DNA from: Guillardia theta CCMP2712
Lineage: Eukaryota; Protista; Cryptophyta
Direction: 5' to 3'
DNA: 64,000 bases
Assembly: GCF_000315625.1 (NCBI RefSeq)
Contig: NW_005434482.1
Span: 22,338 to 86,337, forward strand
Shown: one piece after another, positions 12,473-25,372 of the stretch
Layout: each line of letters starts with the position of its first letter
How positions within the stretch are numbered: the first letter of the stretch is position 1
Notes under the pieces: generated by a model
Told to the model about the DNA's origin: nothing
The model's database searches: none
Seen by the model: only the letters and a program-made list of their open reading frames with translations
Position numbers and translations under genes: made by a program

Positions 12473-15327
12473 CAGCACGATGTCAATACCTCTCCAGACC
12501 TCTAGCTGCCGACTCATTACACACTCACACACTCAACGCATCATATCAACTCCTGATCTTCTCTCCCTCTTTCCCTCCTCTTGTCTTGAAGCTCATCCCA
12601 CAATGCCCAGCTTCGTCTGGTAGTCCCATGGTATGAAGGCGCTCCTGTTCGTCCACACCCGTCAGTCTCTCCCTCCTCCCCCTCCTCTCCCTCCCCCTTC
12701 ACCCCTCCTCTTCCTCCTTCCCCTCCTCCTCCTCCCTCGCTGACACACCAGCTCTCGTCGTACACGTAGCAGTAGGCGTCGTTGAACTGCTCAAGCCACG
12801 TCACTTCCTCCTTCCCCTCCTACCGCTGCCCCTTACCCATCCGCAGGTGCCTTGTCCTTGCAAGCACATCCACACCTCCTTCTTGTCCTTCAACATCTGC
12901 TTGCCCAGCCCCCCTGCCGTCCCTCTCACGTCACCCGCGTCGCGAGCGAGGCAGCAAGCTCACCGGTGATGAAGGTCTTGAGGGGGTCCCGGCTGATGTT
13001 CTTCCAGCTGCTCCCGGCATAGCACTGCCACAGACTCGTCACGACCTTACGACCTCTTCTCAGCTCGTACCCCAGGGTTCCAATAGTCGTTCAGCATGTA
13101 CAGGGGCATGGGCGCGGTCGATATGACCTTCATGTCGCTGTACATCTCAGTCCAGCCTCTCATCAGCCCCTGTACAACCCGCGGCACGTGAGACCAGCAC
13201 AGCCCCAGCTCCTCGCCTGCTTGCCTGGAGGATGGAGAACTTGTTGTCTACATACGGCGACAGCTCGGCGGTCAGCATGGCGTCCTGCCGGCTGCAGTGA
13301 GCAACAGAAGACAGCCATGCGGACGAGGCAACGCACATGCTCGGCTGACAAGACCTTGACGTGCAGTTGGAGAGTCGCTAAAGGGTACTGATAGGTCGAG
13401 AAGTGCAGATACGTCTGCCAGGCAGAGTGTAAGAAGTAGGAGATGCCGAGGACGTCAGTCTCACTCCGTTGTAGGTAGCCGGGAAGCTCGTGACAAAGTC
13501 CATGACGGCCTGCAGCAGGTAGTGAGGAGGAGGAGGCGAGAGGAGGAGCGGCGCTCCTGGGCGCTTACCGAGTTGAGGAAGTCGTTGCCGCCATACGACA
13601 ACATGCCGTACATGCCGTACATGCCGTACATGAAGTAATCCGGGTAGAGGTTCTCAATTGCGAGTTTGATTGACTTGTGCATTGGATAGGTGGAGTACAT
13701 GTCGCCTGACGATCAAGTCTGTCAGCAGCTGTGCAGTAGGAGCGGCAGCTTCATCACAGGAAGGAGGAGGAGTCATGGTGCTGTTGCTGTCCTGCATGTT
13801 GTTTGCATAGCAGGTGTCGGTGATGTTCTGCCAGATGGTCTGAAACTGCCACGGCATCGCGTCTCCCAACCCATTGAGGCAGCAGCCCATGTACGACTGG
13901 TACGACGCCAGCGCCTCCTGCTCTTCCCGTCAGCCCCATGGCTTCCATGTCCTCCCCTCTCGTCGTCTGCTATTGTTGCTCATACCTGGCATTCCATCGA
14001 GCAAGCAAGTCCCATGTAAGACATGTAGGTGTAGTCCGTCACGGACATCGGTTCGGCGGGAAGGCCACATGCAGAAAGAACGGTACTCCACTTTGGCGCA
14101 AACTCAGCCTCGTTCATGTATCGCTCCGCACAGTAAGAGCCTTGGTCTGCTCGCATGCACCGTCATGACCCCCTCGTGACCCGACGCTTCCACTTGACCA
14201 ATCGTCCCTCCCCTCATCTTCCTTCCCCCTCTATCACCCCCCCCCCCCTTTGCTGTCCTCGCCCTCTTCCTCTCTCTTCTCTTTATGTATCTCATGCTCC
14301 TCTTTCTCTCTCTCCCCTCTTTACCTTGGTAGCAGCCTGCGCTCGCAATCATGCTCATCCGACTGTCTGGCTCGACAAGTGCAACCGCTTGCATCACCTG
14401 ACGCGAGTCATCTCAGCCTTCCTCCCTCCAGGCTCCGCCTTCTCTCTCACCTTCATCCCGCAGGACGAGCAGAGCAGGCTCGCCCTCGCCTTGTAGTCAC
14501 TCGAGGACCCGGTCATGGCCTCCAAGACAGCTGCAGGAGTGCATTGGTCGCACAGCTCCATCACGTTGTTCATCACTTGATCCTCGTTGGACGACGCGGG
14601 CATGCTCATTTCTCCCTCCCCGCTTATCATCATCATCATCGTAGTCGCCATCTGGTACATCATTTGCACGCAGTCGCTGCATATCACCTGCAGCCTCCAT
14701 CACATGCCCCTCCCTCGCTAGCCCTCTCGCTCTGCTCCTCTTGCTCACCCCCATGGCAGCTTGCGGAGACTCGACGTTGCTGAGTTGGTCCAAACAAGCC
14801 GCAAACTGATTGTCGCGACAAGTCATGTTCCATGTTGTGATGGAGATGTTGATCATCGGACAAGCCATGAGCGAGCTCAGGTCTGCCTCCGACAGGCTCC
14901 CAACCATGTCAAGCATCCCCGACATGCACTCACACCCAGACGCCCTCGAGCTTGCATCGAAGAAGTCAAGCGTGGAGCAGTTGGTCATGGAGGAGGACAT
15001 CTCCATCATGAGCGGGTTGCTCCACTGCTCGCAAGGGTCTCCCGACATGCTGCGGGTCTTGGCGCGCTGCTGCTTCGACGCGTCGGCCTTGTGCTTGGCC
15101 ACGTGGACCTTGAGGGAGTGCGGGAGGTCCGAGAGGGAGGACGAGAGCTGCCCGACCCTGGTCTTGACCAGATCCAGGAAGTTGTGGGCATGTTGGGCCG
15201 GGGCAGCATGGCTGGCCTGTGTGTCAGTCTTGGCAGGCTCCCTCTGAAGTGCAGCAAGGGCGAGGGCTGGGAGGAGGAGGAGGAGGAGGAGGAGGATAGC
15301 GGAGAGCTTGGAGGGCATGGGGTCTTT
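12473..15327 (-). repeat. Left arm of a ~2.85 kb inverted segmental duplication (partner 19441-22287)
   Basis: Reverse complement matches the right arm through exons, introns and 3' UTR. Confidence 0.95.
12593..15318 (-). CDS. Secreted Cys/Met-rich protein of unknown function, copy A (multi-exon)
   Basis: Signal peptide MPSKLSAILLLLLLLLPALALA; exons collinear with copy B; ends ...AFIPWDYQTKLGIVG*. Confidence 0.8.
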
Positions 15328-15689
15328 GCAGGCGAAATTCCTGCCTCAAAAGTAAAAACAGGGCGACGAAATGAAGATGAGAAGGGCTGGTTTGTTCTTG
15401 ATGAAGAGGTTGTTAGGTGTGAGGGTCACTATGATTGTCAATATTAGTCAAGTGGGAATGATGGGAAGTGAGGGAGGGAATTCGATTGAGGAAGAGGACA
15501 AGCAGGAGGAGGAGGAGAAAAAGGAAGGGGAGAGGAGGACAAGTTAAGGTCCAACGAGGAGCGGGGGAGGTCGAGGACGATGCTATATGGATGATCGCGA
15601 GCAAAGAAGGAGGAGGAGTCTAGAAAAAAGCCTGGCAATATTGTTGTGAAAACTGGATGATCAAAGTTCAATCGATAAGAAATAAAAGA

Positions 15690-15690
15690 T

Positions 15691-15729
<39 letters not shown>

Positions 15730-15824
15730 ACAATAATGGAGGTCATGATGATGGAGGAGATGATGATGTAGCTGATGGAGAAGAAGAACACTATGATAAT
15801 GATGGAGTACAAGAACATGATAAT

Positions 15825-15856
<32 letters not shown>

Positions 15857-15860
15857 CATG
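15690..15860. repeat. (GCT)n and (GAT)n trinucleotide repeats
   Basis: Directly visible upstream of copy A. Confidence 0.9.
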
Positions 15861-16309
15861 GTAGGGTGGTTCAGATGAAGTTAAAGATGAGCATCATGGT
15901 TCATGACGATTATGGTTCATGACAACAGCGGACGAGGAGAGAGGAGGAGGGATTTCCAACGCTATTAGTGAGGGAGTGAGGGACAAGTAAGACATGTAAA
16001 AGGAGGGGAAGTTGACATATTGGTGATGCAAAATCATGGGGGGTAGGGGTAGTCTTATCCAGGGTTACCGCTGACTTCGTCCTCTTCACCCTCAAAAGGG
16101 GTAGGTGAATTGGGGTATTATGGACGGGTCCTGAAAAGCAAGTGATGCTGATGTGGGAGGGGTGGTGGCAGTGAAAATTAACTTGTCGTCGGCGGTGGGG
16201 TGCACCTTATGAGTAAAGTAAATTGTAAAAGTAAAGGTTTGTCCTTCTTTTTCAGTCAATAAAGTAAAAAAGTAAATTAAATAACACAACACCCTCTAAT
16301 ACTACTGAC

Positions 16310-16830
16310 TAATAAGTCAGTACCATTAGTAATCCTCCGCGGATCTGGTGGTACTTAGTACCAGGCTACTACTGTGGTACTGTACTACACTAGTGCCGGA
16401 ATCGCCGTCGAGTTTAAAATCATTCCTTGTGCTACTTTAAAACTCCGATATAGTACGGTAGCCTACTAGTACCGCAAATCTGTGCCGCAGTATTGCTGAG
16501 TCACTTCACTTCGCCGCCGCCCCCCAGGCTCAGCAGCGGCGGTGGCGGGTCCCGTGGCCGGGCCCGGCGGCCCGGCTGATCGGACCGCCCGGCCGCTCAC
16601 CGTACGGTACCGTCCGTCAGTCAGTGGCAGGCTGCCACATAAGTGTGCGGCCGCCGGCCCCGGCGCCCTCGGACCGGCACGGTACCGGCCCGGGCCCCGG
16701 CGGGGACCGTCCGGCGGACTGCCCGGGACTCAGGCTCACTGACAGCTGACCGTACCGTCTCCATCTTCCCCCCGAGTTTCTGAAATAGTCACCGTCCGTT
16801 ACATCGCCGCCGGGCCGGGACGTCAGAAAG
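16310..16830. other. GC-rich palindrome-dense intergenic island
   Basis: tggtact-t-agtacca (16349-16363), accgtacggtaccg, ccggcccgggcccc. Confidence 0.75.
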
Positions 16831-18019
16831 TCACTCAAACCGTTCCAAGAGAATGTCAGCAGATCCAAGTCAAGATACGATGATACAACGTCAAGTTCAC
16901 AGTCATGCTGAGTGGGCAATAACCATTCAAAGATTGTCCATTCTGAAGAAGATTTTCATGCAGGGCTATTAGATGTGCAGTGCAGAGATAAGGGGAGATG
17001 CCGCTGGCGAGCTGATGGCCGCAAGAGAGAGCCTCGGAGAGAGAGAGTGCCCGCCGGCATTTGAAGACCAAAAGATAAATTTTGAACCGTAAAGAACTTG
17101 TGACCAGAGATTGCTGCCGCGAGATTGGAACATCGAGTCCGTTTCAAGGCATCTGAACATGTTTTGCAGTTGTACCTTGTTCGCCGATCCAGAAGTAGCT
17201 CTGAGTTATGCATGCCACAGCCTAGCTCCATGCCATGAAACTTCCGCCAGATCTCAGTCCTGGTAGTTCCATTTGATCCTACTCAAAGATCAAGAAGATT
17301 AGAATCGAATTAGCTCCGACAACTGTGTTTCCGACACAGTTCAGATATTCGAACTTGCGGCTAGAGAGAGAGCCTGATTGAAGAGAGGAGTCATCCGAAT
17401 GTGTAAGGCTTGATAAAAATTGCATAACTTCAACTTTCAACAGCAACGGAAAACAATACCAAGAAAGAAAAAACTCCAGTGTAAACAATTCAACTAACCA
17501 AATATAAGATCAACATGATTCGGACTCGGGGGGGCGGCATGTAATCGGGGCCCATATGACGGAATACAAGTTTGTTAGACTTGTACTAGTCCAAAGTCAC
17601 GCAGATATCACATCGACAGGCTAAGTTGTAACAAGACAGTGATGGCAAGTTTTGCTCAAGACCGAGTTTAATGCACACAAAAACCAGAATTGAGGAGCAC
17701 ATGAGAGATAGACTGTATGCTAGGATGTGAAACCCAAGCAGACGGCTAGGAAGGCCTCCTCTTCATCACACGTACTACAATGCCGCCTTGACACGTAAGT
17801 CGTCTTGGTTTACAGGAGAGTTTTTGTTAACTCGGCGCTATCTGGCAGGCTGGCACGGCTGGCATACGCTCCATCACGCATGGCACCCCGTGATGTGAGA
17901 CTAGTAGCAGAGCAAGATAACGTATCCGAGGGACTGACTCGTGTAAGAGTGGCGAGGTAACGAGCGGCCAAGGTGTCCGCTCCTCTCTGAGCTTAAATAG
18001 TGTCGTAAATGATCTTGCT

Positions 18020-18730
18020 ATGGTACCGTACGGTCAAGTCTCATCCTCGTAGTGAAGTACTCTACCTGTCACTATCATTCAACGGTACTGAGTTTACGAC
18101 GGAGTAGCCGCCAGGTCCACCGTACAACTCGGATGCCGTTGGGCATGGTATACATAACAGTCGGTATTCGCCTGATGAAGTACCAAAATGGCTACCCGAC
18201 ACGGTACCGGAGGTATTTCATATAAAACTTCATATTGCCCTTATGAGTTTTTGCTATTTCAGTTTCGGCATGACTCGGGGATGATGCTGTCAGTGTTGCA
18301 TCGTTACAAGTGCAACGATGTCATGGGTACAACATCACCCCGCGACTGTCGAACGGTCCGACAACCCGGCGTCACGGCCGCGGCGTTGCACCCGGGCCGG
18401 CCGCCGGGCTGCGCCCGGATCATCGCCGGATCCCGGAGTCCCGGCGGAGTCTGCCAGACCGGTCTAGGCGGCAGTGGCCGTTCAAGTTGGCGCCCCCCGC
18501 GGCCGGGCGCGGCCCCCTCACCCATGGTCGGAGGCCGGGGCCCGGGTGCACCGGGGCGGAACTTGAGGCCGCCGTCCGGAGCCTGCAGTGGCCGGGCCCG
18601 GCGGCGGCCCGCCGGGCCGGGGCCCCGGGGCCCCCCCGCCGCCGGGGCCGGGAGCCGGGCCGAGAGGGGGGGGAGTCACAGTGAGTCACGTGACGACGTC
18701 GTCACGCGGCGTTTGCAAGTGACTGAAAGA
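18020..18730. other. GC-rich palindrome-dense intergenic island
   Basis: 18-bp perfect palindrome cgtgacgacgtcgtcacg (18689-18706); many ccgg/ggcc words. Confidence 0.75.
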
Positions 18731-19440
18731 TGAGTAACTAAAAGTATGGGCCCCTGCAGCATCGCAGAATGGCGCGCCCGCCTCGTCCGGTTGTCACCAT
18801 GGTGGAGTCCGTGTCCTTTATGACCGCCAACCAGATTTTTTGATAGTCTTAAATCTATCTATGGTATTTCAAATTTCATCGAGATATTCCAACATGGTGG
18901 TGCAAACTTTTCAGAAATAAGAAGTGAGTTATTAGAAGTAAATTTTCTGCAAGTGAACCCTCACAAATGAAAACAATTCAAGATATTAACAAAATTTGAA
19001 AACGTTTGAAACAATTTGAAATTATCAGAAATGTTCATGTCTTCAAAAACGATTTTTTTCATACCCCCCGCTTGCCGCTTCCGCTCAATATCCCTTCGAC
19101 CACGATGCTTCTGCAGTCGCGCCTGACTAACCCGTGTTCGCTCTCCATCCTCTCCTTGCCATGTCCAGTAGGGGTTCCTTTCGTTTCCCTTGGCTATTTT
19201 TTGCGTCCTTCGTTTCCTTCCCTTCTCTTGCTATGATTCGAGTCTCCCTGCTAGGCTGTACCTTGCTGCAATGCGGCATGATCGCTGCTGAAACCCTGCT
19301 CGTCATTTCGCTCCACTTCTCATCAGCTCTTGCGTTTTGCTTTTCGATGTGATCCTTTCTGTCTACCATCACATATTCTTTTCCTTTTTCTCGTAATCAC
19401 ACCAATTCTGAGCCATTTTGACTTTTGTCGCAGGGTGCTA

Positions 19441-22287
19441 AGACCCCATGCCCTCCAAGCACTCCGCTATCCTCCTCCTCCTCCTCCCAGCTCTCGCCCA
19501 TGCTGCTCTTCCTGTCCAACAGCATGATACAAAGTCCAGCCATGCTGCCCCGGCCCAACATGCCCACAACTTCCTGGATCTGGTCAAGACCAGGGTCGGG
19601 CAGCTCTCGTCCTCCCTCTCGGACCTCCCGCACTCCCTCAAGGTCCACGTGGCCAAGCACAAGGCCGACGCGTCGAGGCAGCAGCGCGCCAAGACCCGCA
19701 GCATGTCGGGAGACCCTTGCGACTCGTGGAGCAACCCGCTCGTCATGGAGATATCCTCCTCCATGACCAACTGCCCCATGCTTGACTTCTTCGATGCGAG
19801 CTCGAGGGCGTCTGGGTGTGAGTGCATGTCGGGGATGCTTGACATGGTTGGGAGCCTGTCGGAGGCAGACCTGAGCTCGCTCATGGCTTGTCCGATGATC
19901 AACATCTCCATCACAACATGGAACATGACTTGTCGCGACAATCAGTTTGCGGCTTGTTTGGACCAACTCAGCAACGTCGAGTCTCCGCAAGCTGCCATGG
20001 AGGTGAGCAAGAGGAGCAGAGCGAGAGGGCTAGCGAGGGAGGGGCATGTGATGGAGGCTGCAGGTGATATGCAGCGACTGCGTGCGAATGATGTACCAGA
20101 TGACGACTACGATGATGATGATGATAAGCGGGGAGGGAGAAATGAGCATGCCCGCGTCGTCCAACGAGGATCAAGTGATGAACAACGTGATGGGGCTTTG
20201 CGACCAATGCACTCCTGCAGCTGTCTTGGAGGCCATGACCGGGTCCTCGAGTGACTACCAGGCAAGGGCAAGCCTGCTCTGCTCGTCCTGCGGGATGAAG
20301 GTGAGGGAAGAGGCGGAGCCTGGAGGGAGGAAGGCTGAGATGACTCACGTCAGGTGATGCAAGCGGTTGCGCTTGTCGAGCCAGACAGTTGGATGAGCAT
20401 GATTGCGAGCGCAGGCTGCTACACAGGTGAAGAAGGGAGGGAGAGGAAGAAGGGCATGGATGGACAAAAGGAAGAGAGCGAGCAAGGGAGGGAGAAGGGA
20501 GAGTTGGGGAAGGAAGATGAGGGGAGGGATGTGCGGTGAAGTGGAAGCGTCGGGTCACGAGGGGGTCATGACGGTGCATGCGGGCAGATCAAGGCTCTTA
20601 CTGTGCGGAGCGATACATGAACGAGGCTGAGTTTGCGCCAAAGTGGAGTACCGTTCTTTCTGCATGTGGCCTTCCCGCCGACCCGATGTCCGTGACGGAC
20701 TACACCTACATGGGCTTCATGGGACTTGCTTGCTCGATGGAATGCCAGGTATGAGCAACGATAGCAGACGACGAGAGGGGAGGACATGGAAGCCATGGGG
20801 CTGACGGGGAGAGCAGGAGGCGCTGGCGTCGTACCAGTCGTACGTGGGCTGCTGCCTCAATGGGTTGGGAGACGCTATGCCGTGGCAGTTTCAGACCATC
20901 TGGCAGAACATCACCGACACCTGCTATGCAAACAACATGCAGGACAGCAACAGCACCATGACTCCTCCTCCTTCCTGTGATGAAGCTGCCGCTCCTACTG
21001 CACAGCCGCTGACAGACTTGATCGTCAGGCGACATGTACTCCACCTACCCAATTGAGAAGTACGCTGTCATTGCCTTTGAGAATCTCTCCCCGGATCACT
21101 TCATGTACGGCATGTACGACATGTACGGCATGTCGTGGTATGGCGGCAACGACTTCTTCAACTCGGTAAGCGCCCAGGAGCGCCGCTCCTCCTCTCGCCT
21201 CCTCCTCCTCACTACCTGCTGCAGGCCGTCATGGACTTTGTCACGAGCTTCCCGGCTACCTACAACGGAGTGAGACTGACGTCCGCGCCATCTTCTACTT
21301 CTTATACTCTGCCTGGCAGACGTATCTGCACTACTGGACATATCAGTACCCCTTGACGACTCTCCACCTGCACGTCAAGGTCTTGTCAGCCGAGCATGTG
21401 CGTTGCGCTCATCCGTCTGGCTGCCTTCTGTTGCTCACTGCAGCCGGCAGGACGCCATGCTGACCGCCGAGCTGTCGCCGTATGTAGACAACAAGTTCTC
21501 CATCCTCCAGGCAAGCAGGCGAGGAGCTGGGGCTGTGCTGGTCTCACGTGCCGCGGGTTGTACAGGGGCTGATGAGAGGCTGGACTGAGATGTACAGCGA
21601 CATGAAGGTCATATCGACCGCGCCCATGCCCCTGTACATGCTGAACGACTATTGGAACCCTGGGGTACGAGCTGAGAAGAGGTCGTAAGGTCGTGACGAG
21701 TCTGTGGCAGTGCTATGCCGGGAGCAGCTGGAAGAACATCAGCCGGGACCCCCTCAAGACCTTTATCACCGGTGAGCTTGCTGCCTCGCTCGCGGCGCTG
21801 GTGACGTGAGAGGGACGGCAGGGGGGCTGGGCAAGCAGATGTTGCCGTACAAGAAGGAGGTGTGGATGTGCTTGCAAGGACAAGGCACCTGCGGATGGGT
21901 AAGGGGCAGCGGTAGGAGGGGAAGGAGGAAGTGACGTGGCTTGAGCAGTTCAACGACGCCTACTGCTATGTGTACGACGAGAGCTGGTGGGTCAGCGAGG
22001 GAGGAGGAGGAGGGGAAGGAGGAAGAGGAGGGGAAGGAGGAAGAGGAGGGGTGGAGGGGGAGGGGGAGGGGGCGGAGAAGGAGGACGGTGAAACTGACGG
22101 GTGTGGGACGAGCAGGAGCGCCTTCATACCATGGGACTACCAGACGAATCTGGGCATTGTGGGATGAGCTTCAAGACAAGAGGAGGGAAAGAGGAAGAGA
22201 AGATCAGGAGTTGATAGGATGCGTTGAGTGTGTGAGTGTGTAATGAGTAAGCAGCTATAGGTATGATGAGGTATTGACATCGTGCTG
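19441..22287 (+). repeat. Right arm of the inverted segmental duplication
   Basis: Matches the reverse complement of 12473-15327. Confidence 0.95.
19448..22167 (+). CDS. Secreted Cys/Met-rich protein of unknown function, copy B (multi-exon)
   Basis: Signal peptide; spliced exons ...PQAAME|VICSDCV...CSSCGMK|VMQAVAL...|QGSYCAERY...ACSMECQ|EALASYQSYVGCCLNG...; ends AFIPWDYQTNLGIVG*. Confidence 0.8.
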
Positions 22288-22920
22288 ATTCATTACGAAA
22301 GACAAGAGAAGCTTGGTGATGTTTTCAAATGGAGAATGGTTTCGTGAAGGCAATAAACTTGTCTGACTGTTCAAATATCATTTGTACTCAGCTTTCGCTG
22401 ATAGTCATTATTATTCACGCAACTTGAGAAGAGGTTTTTCAATGAGTCATTCAGATGTCCTTCAAGCGAGAGATGATACTTATTCTGGTTTATCTTGACT
22501 TATTTTCTTGCAGTGTTGGCAAGGTGGAGCATATTTTGTTTCTGATTGCGAAAATGAAAAACTCGACCTGCTGTATCAACTTTGCAATTCCTTTTGCATT
22601 TTTTCGATCTACCACATTGATGGTATATCTCCATTGCATGCACCCAAACATTTTGTACAGTTTCCAACAAGCAATAAACTTTTTCTGATAGAAATGACAT
22701 CGTTACCTACAAGGCGTGTCGAAAGTCCTCGAAAACAAGGAATTGTGGACAAGTATCGAGTCGGGGAACGAATTCTTCAAGTCGTCAATGAAATATTTTG
22801 GATTAATTTGGTTTATTGATCTAGGAAAAGCAACCAGGACAATATTTTACACGAAATCTGCCACATAAGATGGAAAACTGCCCGCCATAACACAGGAGGA
22901 GGGAGATAGAGCAAGGAAGG

Positions 22921-23523
22921 TTACTCCTGCACAGGGGACGTCCTGCTCCTCTGACGAGAGAGACGCTGGAAGTACTTCTGAGCATGAGATCGGACCTGCG
23001 AGACTGTCCTCGTTCCAATGTCCATGGCAATCAGGTCGGCCACGTGTGGCCCAAGGCCAGCGTACATCCTGCCGTCCTCCTTAGTCTCTCTGTTGCAGCT
23101 GATGTTGAACTTCTTGAGAGCATCGAGAAACTTTTGATGCTCTCTTGGCGACCACATGCTCCGCTGCACAGACTTGGGCATGTGGCCGGTAGAGGGAGCA
23201 GCCCGGGGCTCCCCCCTGTTGGCTTGCTCCTCCTCAGCCTCCAGCGCTGAGTCCGACTCTGACGTGCAGTAGCTGTCGTCGGAGTTGGTGTTGGACTCTC
23301 TCTCGTGCTGCTCCATGCCTGCCTCCTTGGGGAACGTCTTGGCATAGATCATCATGATCCTGGGAGATTCTTCCTGAGCCGAAGGAAGAGCTTGCATCTC
23401 TTCCTCTTGGAAAGCAAAGAGAGAGGGGGAGGGCGATTGTCTTTCAGGAAAGACAAAGGAGTCCTCTGGGAAGAGAGCGGCGATTGCATCAACCAAACTG
23501 ACTTCGTCCTGATAAACTTGCAT
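22921..23523 (-). CDS. SHAQKYF-class MYB transcription factor (MYB-2), intronless
   Basis: WSPREHQKFLDALKKF...IGTRTVSQVRSHAQKYF. Confidence 0.92.
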   Translation of the reverse strand: MQVYQDEVSLVDAIAALFPEDSFVFPERQSPSPSLFAFQEEEMQALPSAQEESPRIMMIYAKTFPKEAGMEQHERESNTNSDDSYCTSESDSALEAEEEQANRGEPRAAPSTGHMPKSVQRSMWSPREHQKFLDALKKFNISCNRETKEDGRMYAGLGPHVADLIAMDIGTRTVSQVRSHAQKYFQRLSRQRSRTSPVQE

Positions 23524-24699
23524 CTTGGTATGTGAGATGGTTTCAAACGGGTTCTGATGGGAGGGGAAGGTGACTGTCAGGCAGACGAAGGAAGGGAGGT
23601 GTAGATTCTTGTTTGTTGTTGGGGAGGATGGAAGAGGTCAGGCAAGAACAAGTAGAGGAGGTAGGAGATGGCAAAGCTTGTTGGGGAGCAGGAGCGTGAG
23701 TAGAGGGGAGGGGAAGAAGGTAGAAGAAGGGAGAAAGGAGGGGGAGCCTTGAAGCTGTGCTGAACGGAAAGATGTCTTTTCGACAAAGATGACGTAACCC
23801 CTAACATCTGAGATCCAAGGAAAACACTCCAGTTCGGAAATTCTTTGCCCCCTGTCCATGAAGCGATGCCATTTGGAGGAAGTGGGGTTCAAGGTCCATT
23901 GACGAAAATGTATCGAAAAGGTGTATTTCCATGCTCTCCGGTCATCAGTGCACGGCCACCCTGTAAAACCAACCCTTAAATTAGATCTCAATCACCAGAT
24001 CCGATGACAGTAAAGTCTCCGGGACGGGTCTTCAATTTCCTGTAAGGGGGGGTGGGGGTCTTACCCTTTGCACGTAGCTTTCATGGCTCAAAAAGATCGC
24101 AGAATCGTCTAGAGCCTGCATGGGTGGCCCCTTCTCCCAGTCGTTTGTGTTTTGTGCTCTTACCCCTCTAAGGTTTACATTTTCTTAAATGAGAGCATAT
24201 GCAAGCAAGGGTATCCTCAATGGATGCGTCATAGTGCTGCCGTGGGCCTGCTGCGTCCTTTCGGGGTCTCCACTGCCGTCCCGTCCTCCGGCCCTCTTCA
24301 GCCCCCGGGTGCTGCTGACGAAAAAAAGAGTCTATAAAAAGGTAAGGGAAACTATATCCGGTACACGTGGAATTGTGAAACGATGCTGTTTCAGAAGAAG
24401 GGGAATGCGTGCCCGAATCCTCATGGGGAGGGGTGGACTTCCCCTTGTTGCTAGGACTGGATTGGGCGGGGTACTCGAATTTGAGGCCGTCGTTAACCAA
24501 AAAAAAGGCGTGCCCGACGGTTTCCAATTCGTCCGTTAAAACTCAACGGTGTCCCGTCTACTACTACTCCTGATTGTCATCGTACTGATCTTTAACTTAA
24601 CTTTGAGTAAAGAACATGAGGAGTAGACCAGCCTCCTTGCACAAATGTTTAGTCAACTTGGCAAAGGGAGGGCCATTCGAAGTTTGAAGTTCAAACTTC

Positions 24700-25260
24700 A
24701 ACCGATGGGGAACTTCGGAACTTCCCGGGAGTCCGGCCGCCGCTTGGCAACGTGCCCGCCGGGCCGTGGAACCGGCGGACCCGGCCGGCACACGCCGGGC
24801 GGGGCAGTGCAGTGCGGCGGACCGTACCGCCGGTCGGCCGCGGGGGCCGGGCACTGCGGAATGCGCACGCCGGGCACTGCGGCAGTCGCGGCGGCGGCCC
24901 GGCGGACCGTGACTGTACTACGGTACTCCAGTCGGATCGGATCGGACCGTCGACCGCTGGCATCTACCGTCAGGCTAGGCCCTACGGCGTGACACTGTGA
25001 CACGGTCACCGGTCCGGTATTCATCTCGCTGGGCCGCAGTGTACCGGGAAACGAACCTTCTCAGCACGGTCTTACCGTACGGTAAATGTTGTGTATTTTA
25101 ACACTAAGTGAGTCAATGTTTCACTGCAACTTACGGCTACTACAGTGATGGTATTTGCGGCAACTTGCTTGAGTTCGGTTGCTCAGTGACGGTGATCGGA
25201 CTCAGTGTCGGATGCCGTGACTGACCATGATGGTGTACTAGTAGTTGGTGTGGTAGCTCC
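24700..25260. other. GC-rich palindrome-dense intergenic island
   Basis: 14-bp perfect palindrome ttaccgtacggtaa (25072-25085); tcggatcggatcgga; gtgacactgtgacac. Confidence 0.75.
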
Positions 25261-25372
25261 GAACTTAGCATCATCATTCACCATGCAGGCTGAGTGACCT
25301 CGGAACGGTTCAAGTGAGCGGCTATCATGAGAACTAGTTTCATCAGTCTCGTAGAAGTCCCGGACTCGGAGT

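Noticed and set aside
18188-18733. Gly/Pro/Arg-rich ORFs in GC islands (also 24597-25024, 37028-37321, 41727-42068, 48516-48902)
   Set aside because: Stop-poor because of extreme GC content; open in several frames at once; no domain signal
12473-22287. Inverted arms as terminal repeats of a transposon
   Set aside because: The arms are intron-containing host-like genes; no transposase, integrase or target-site duplication was seen
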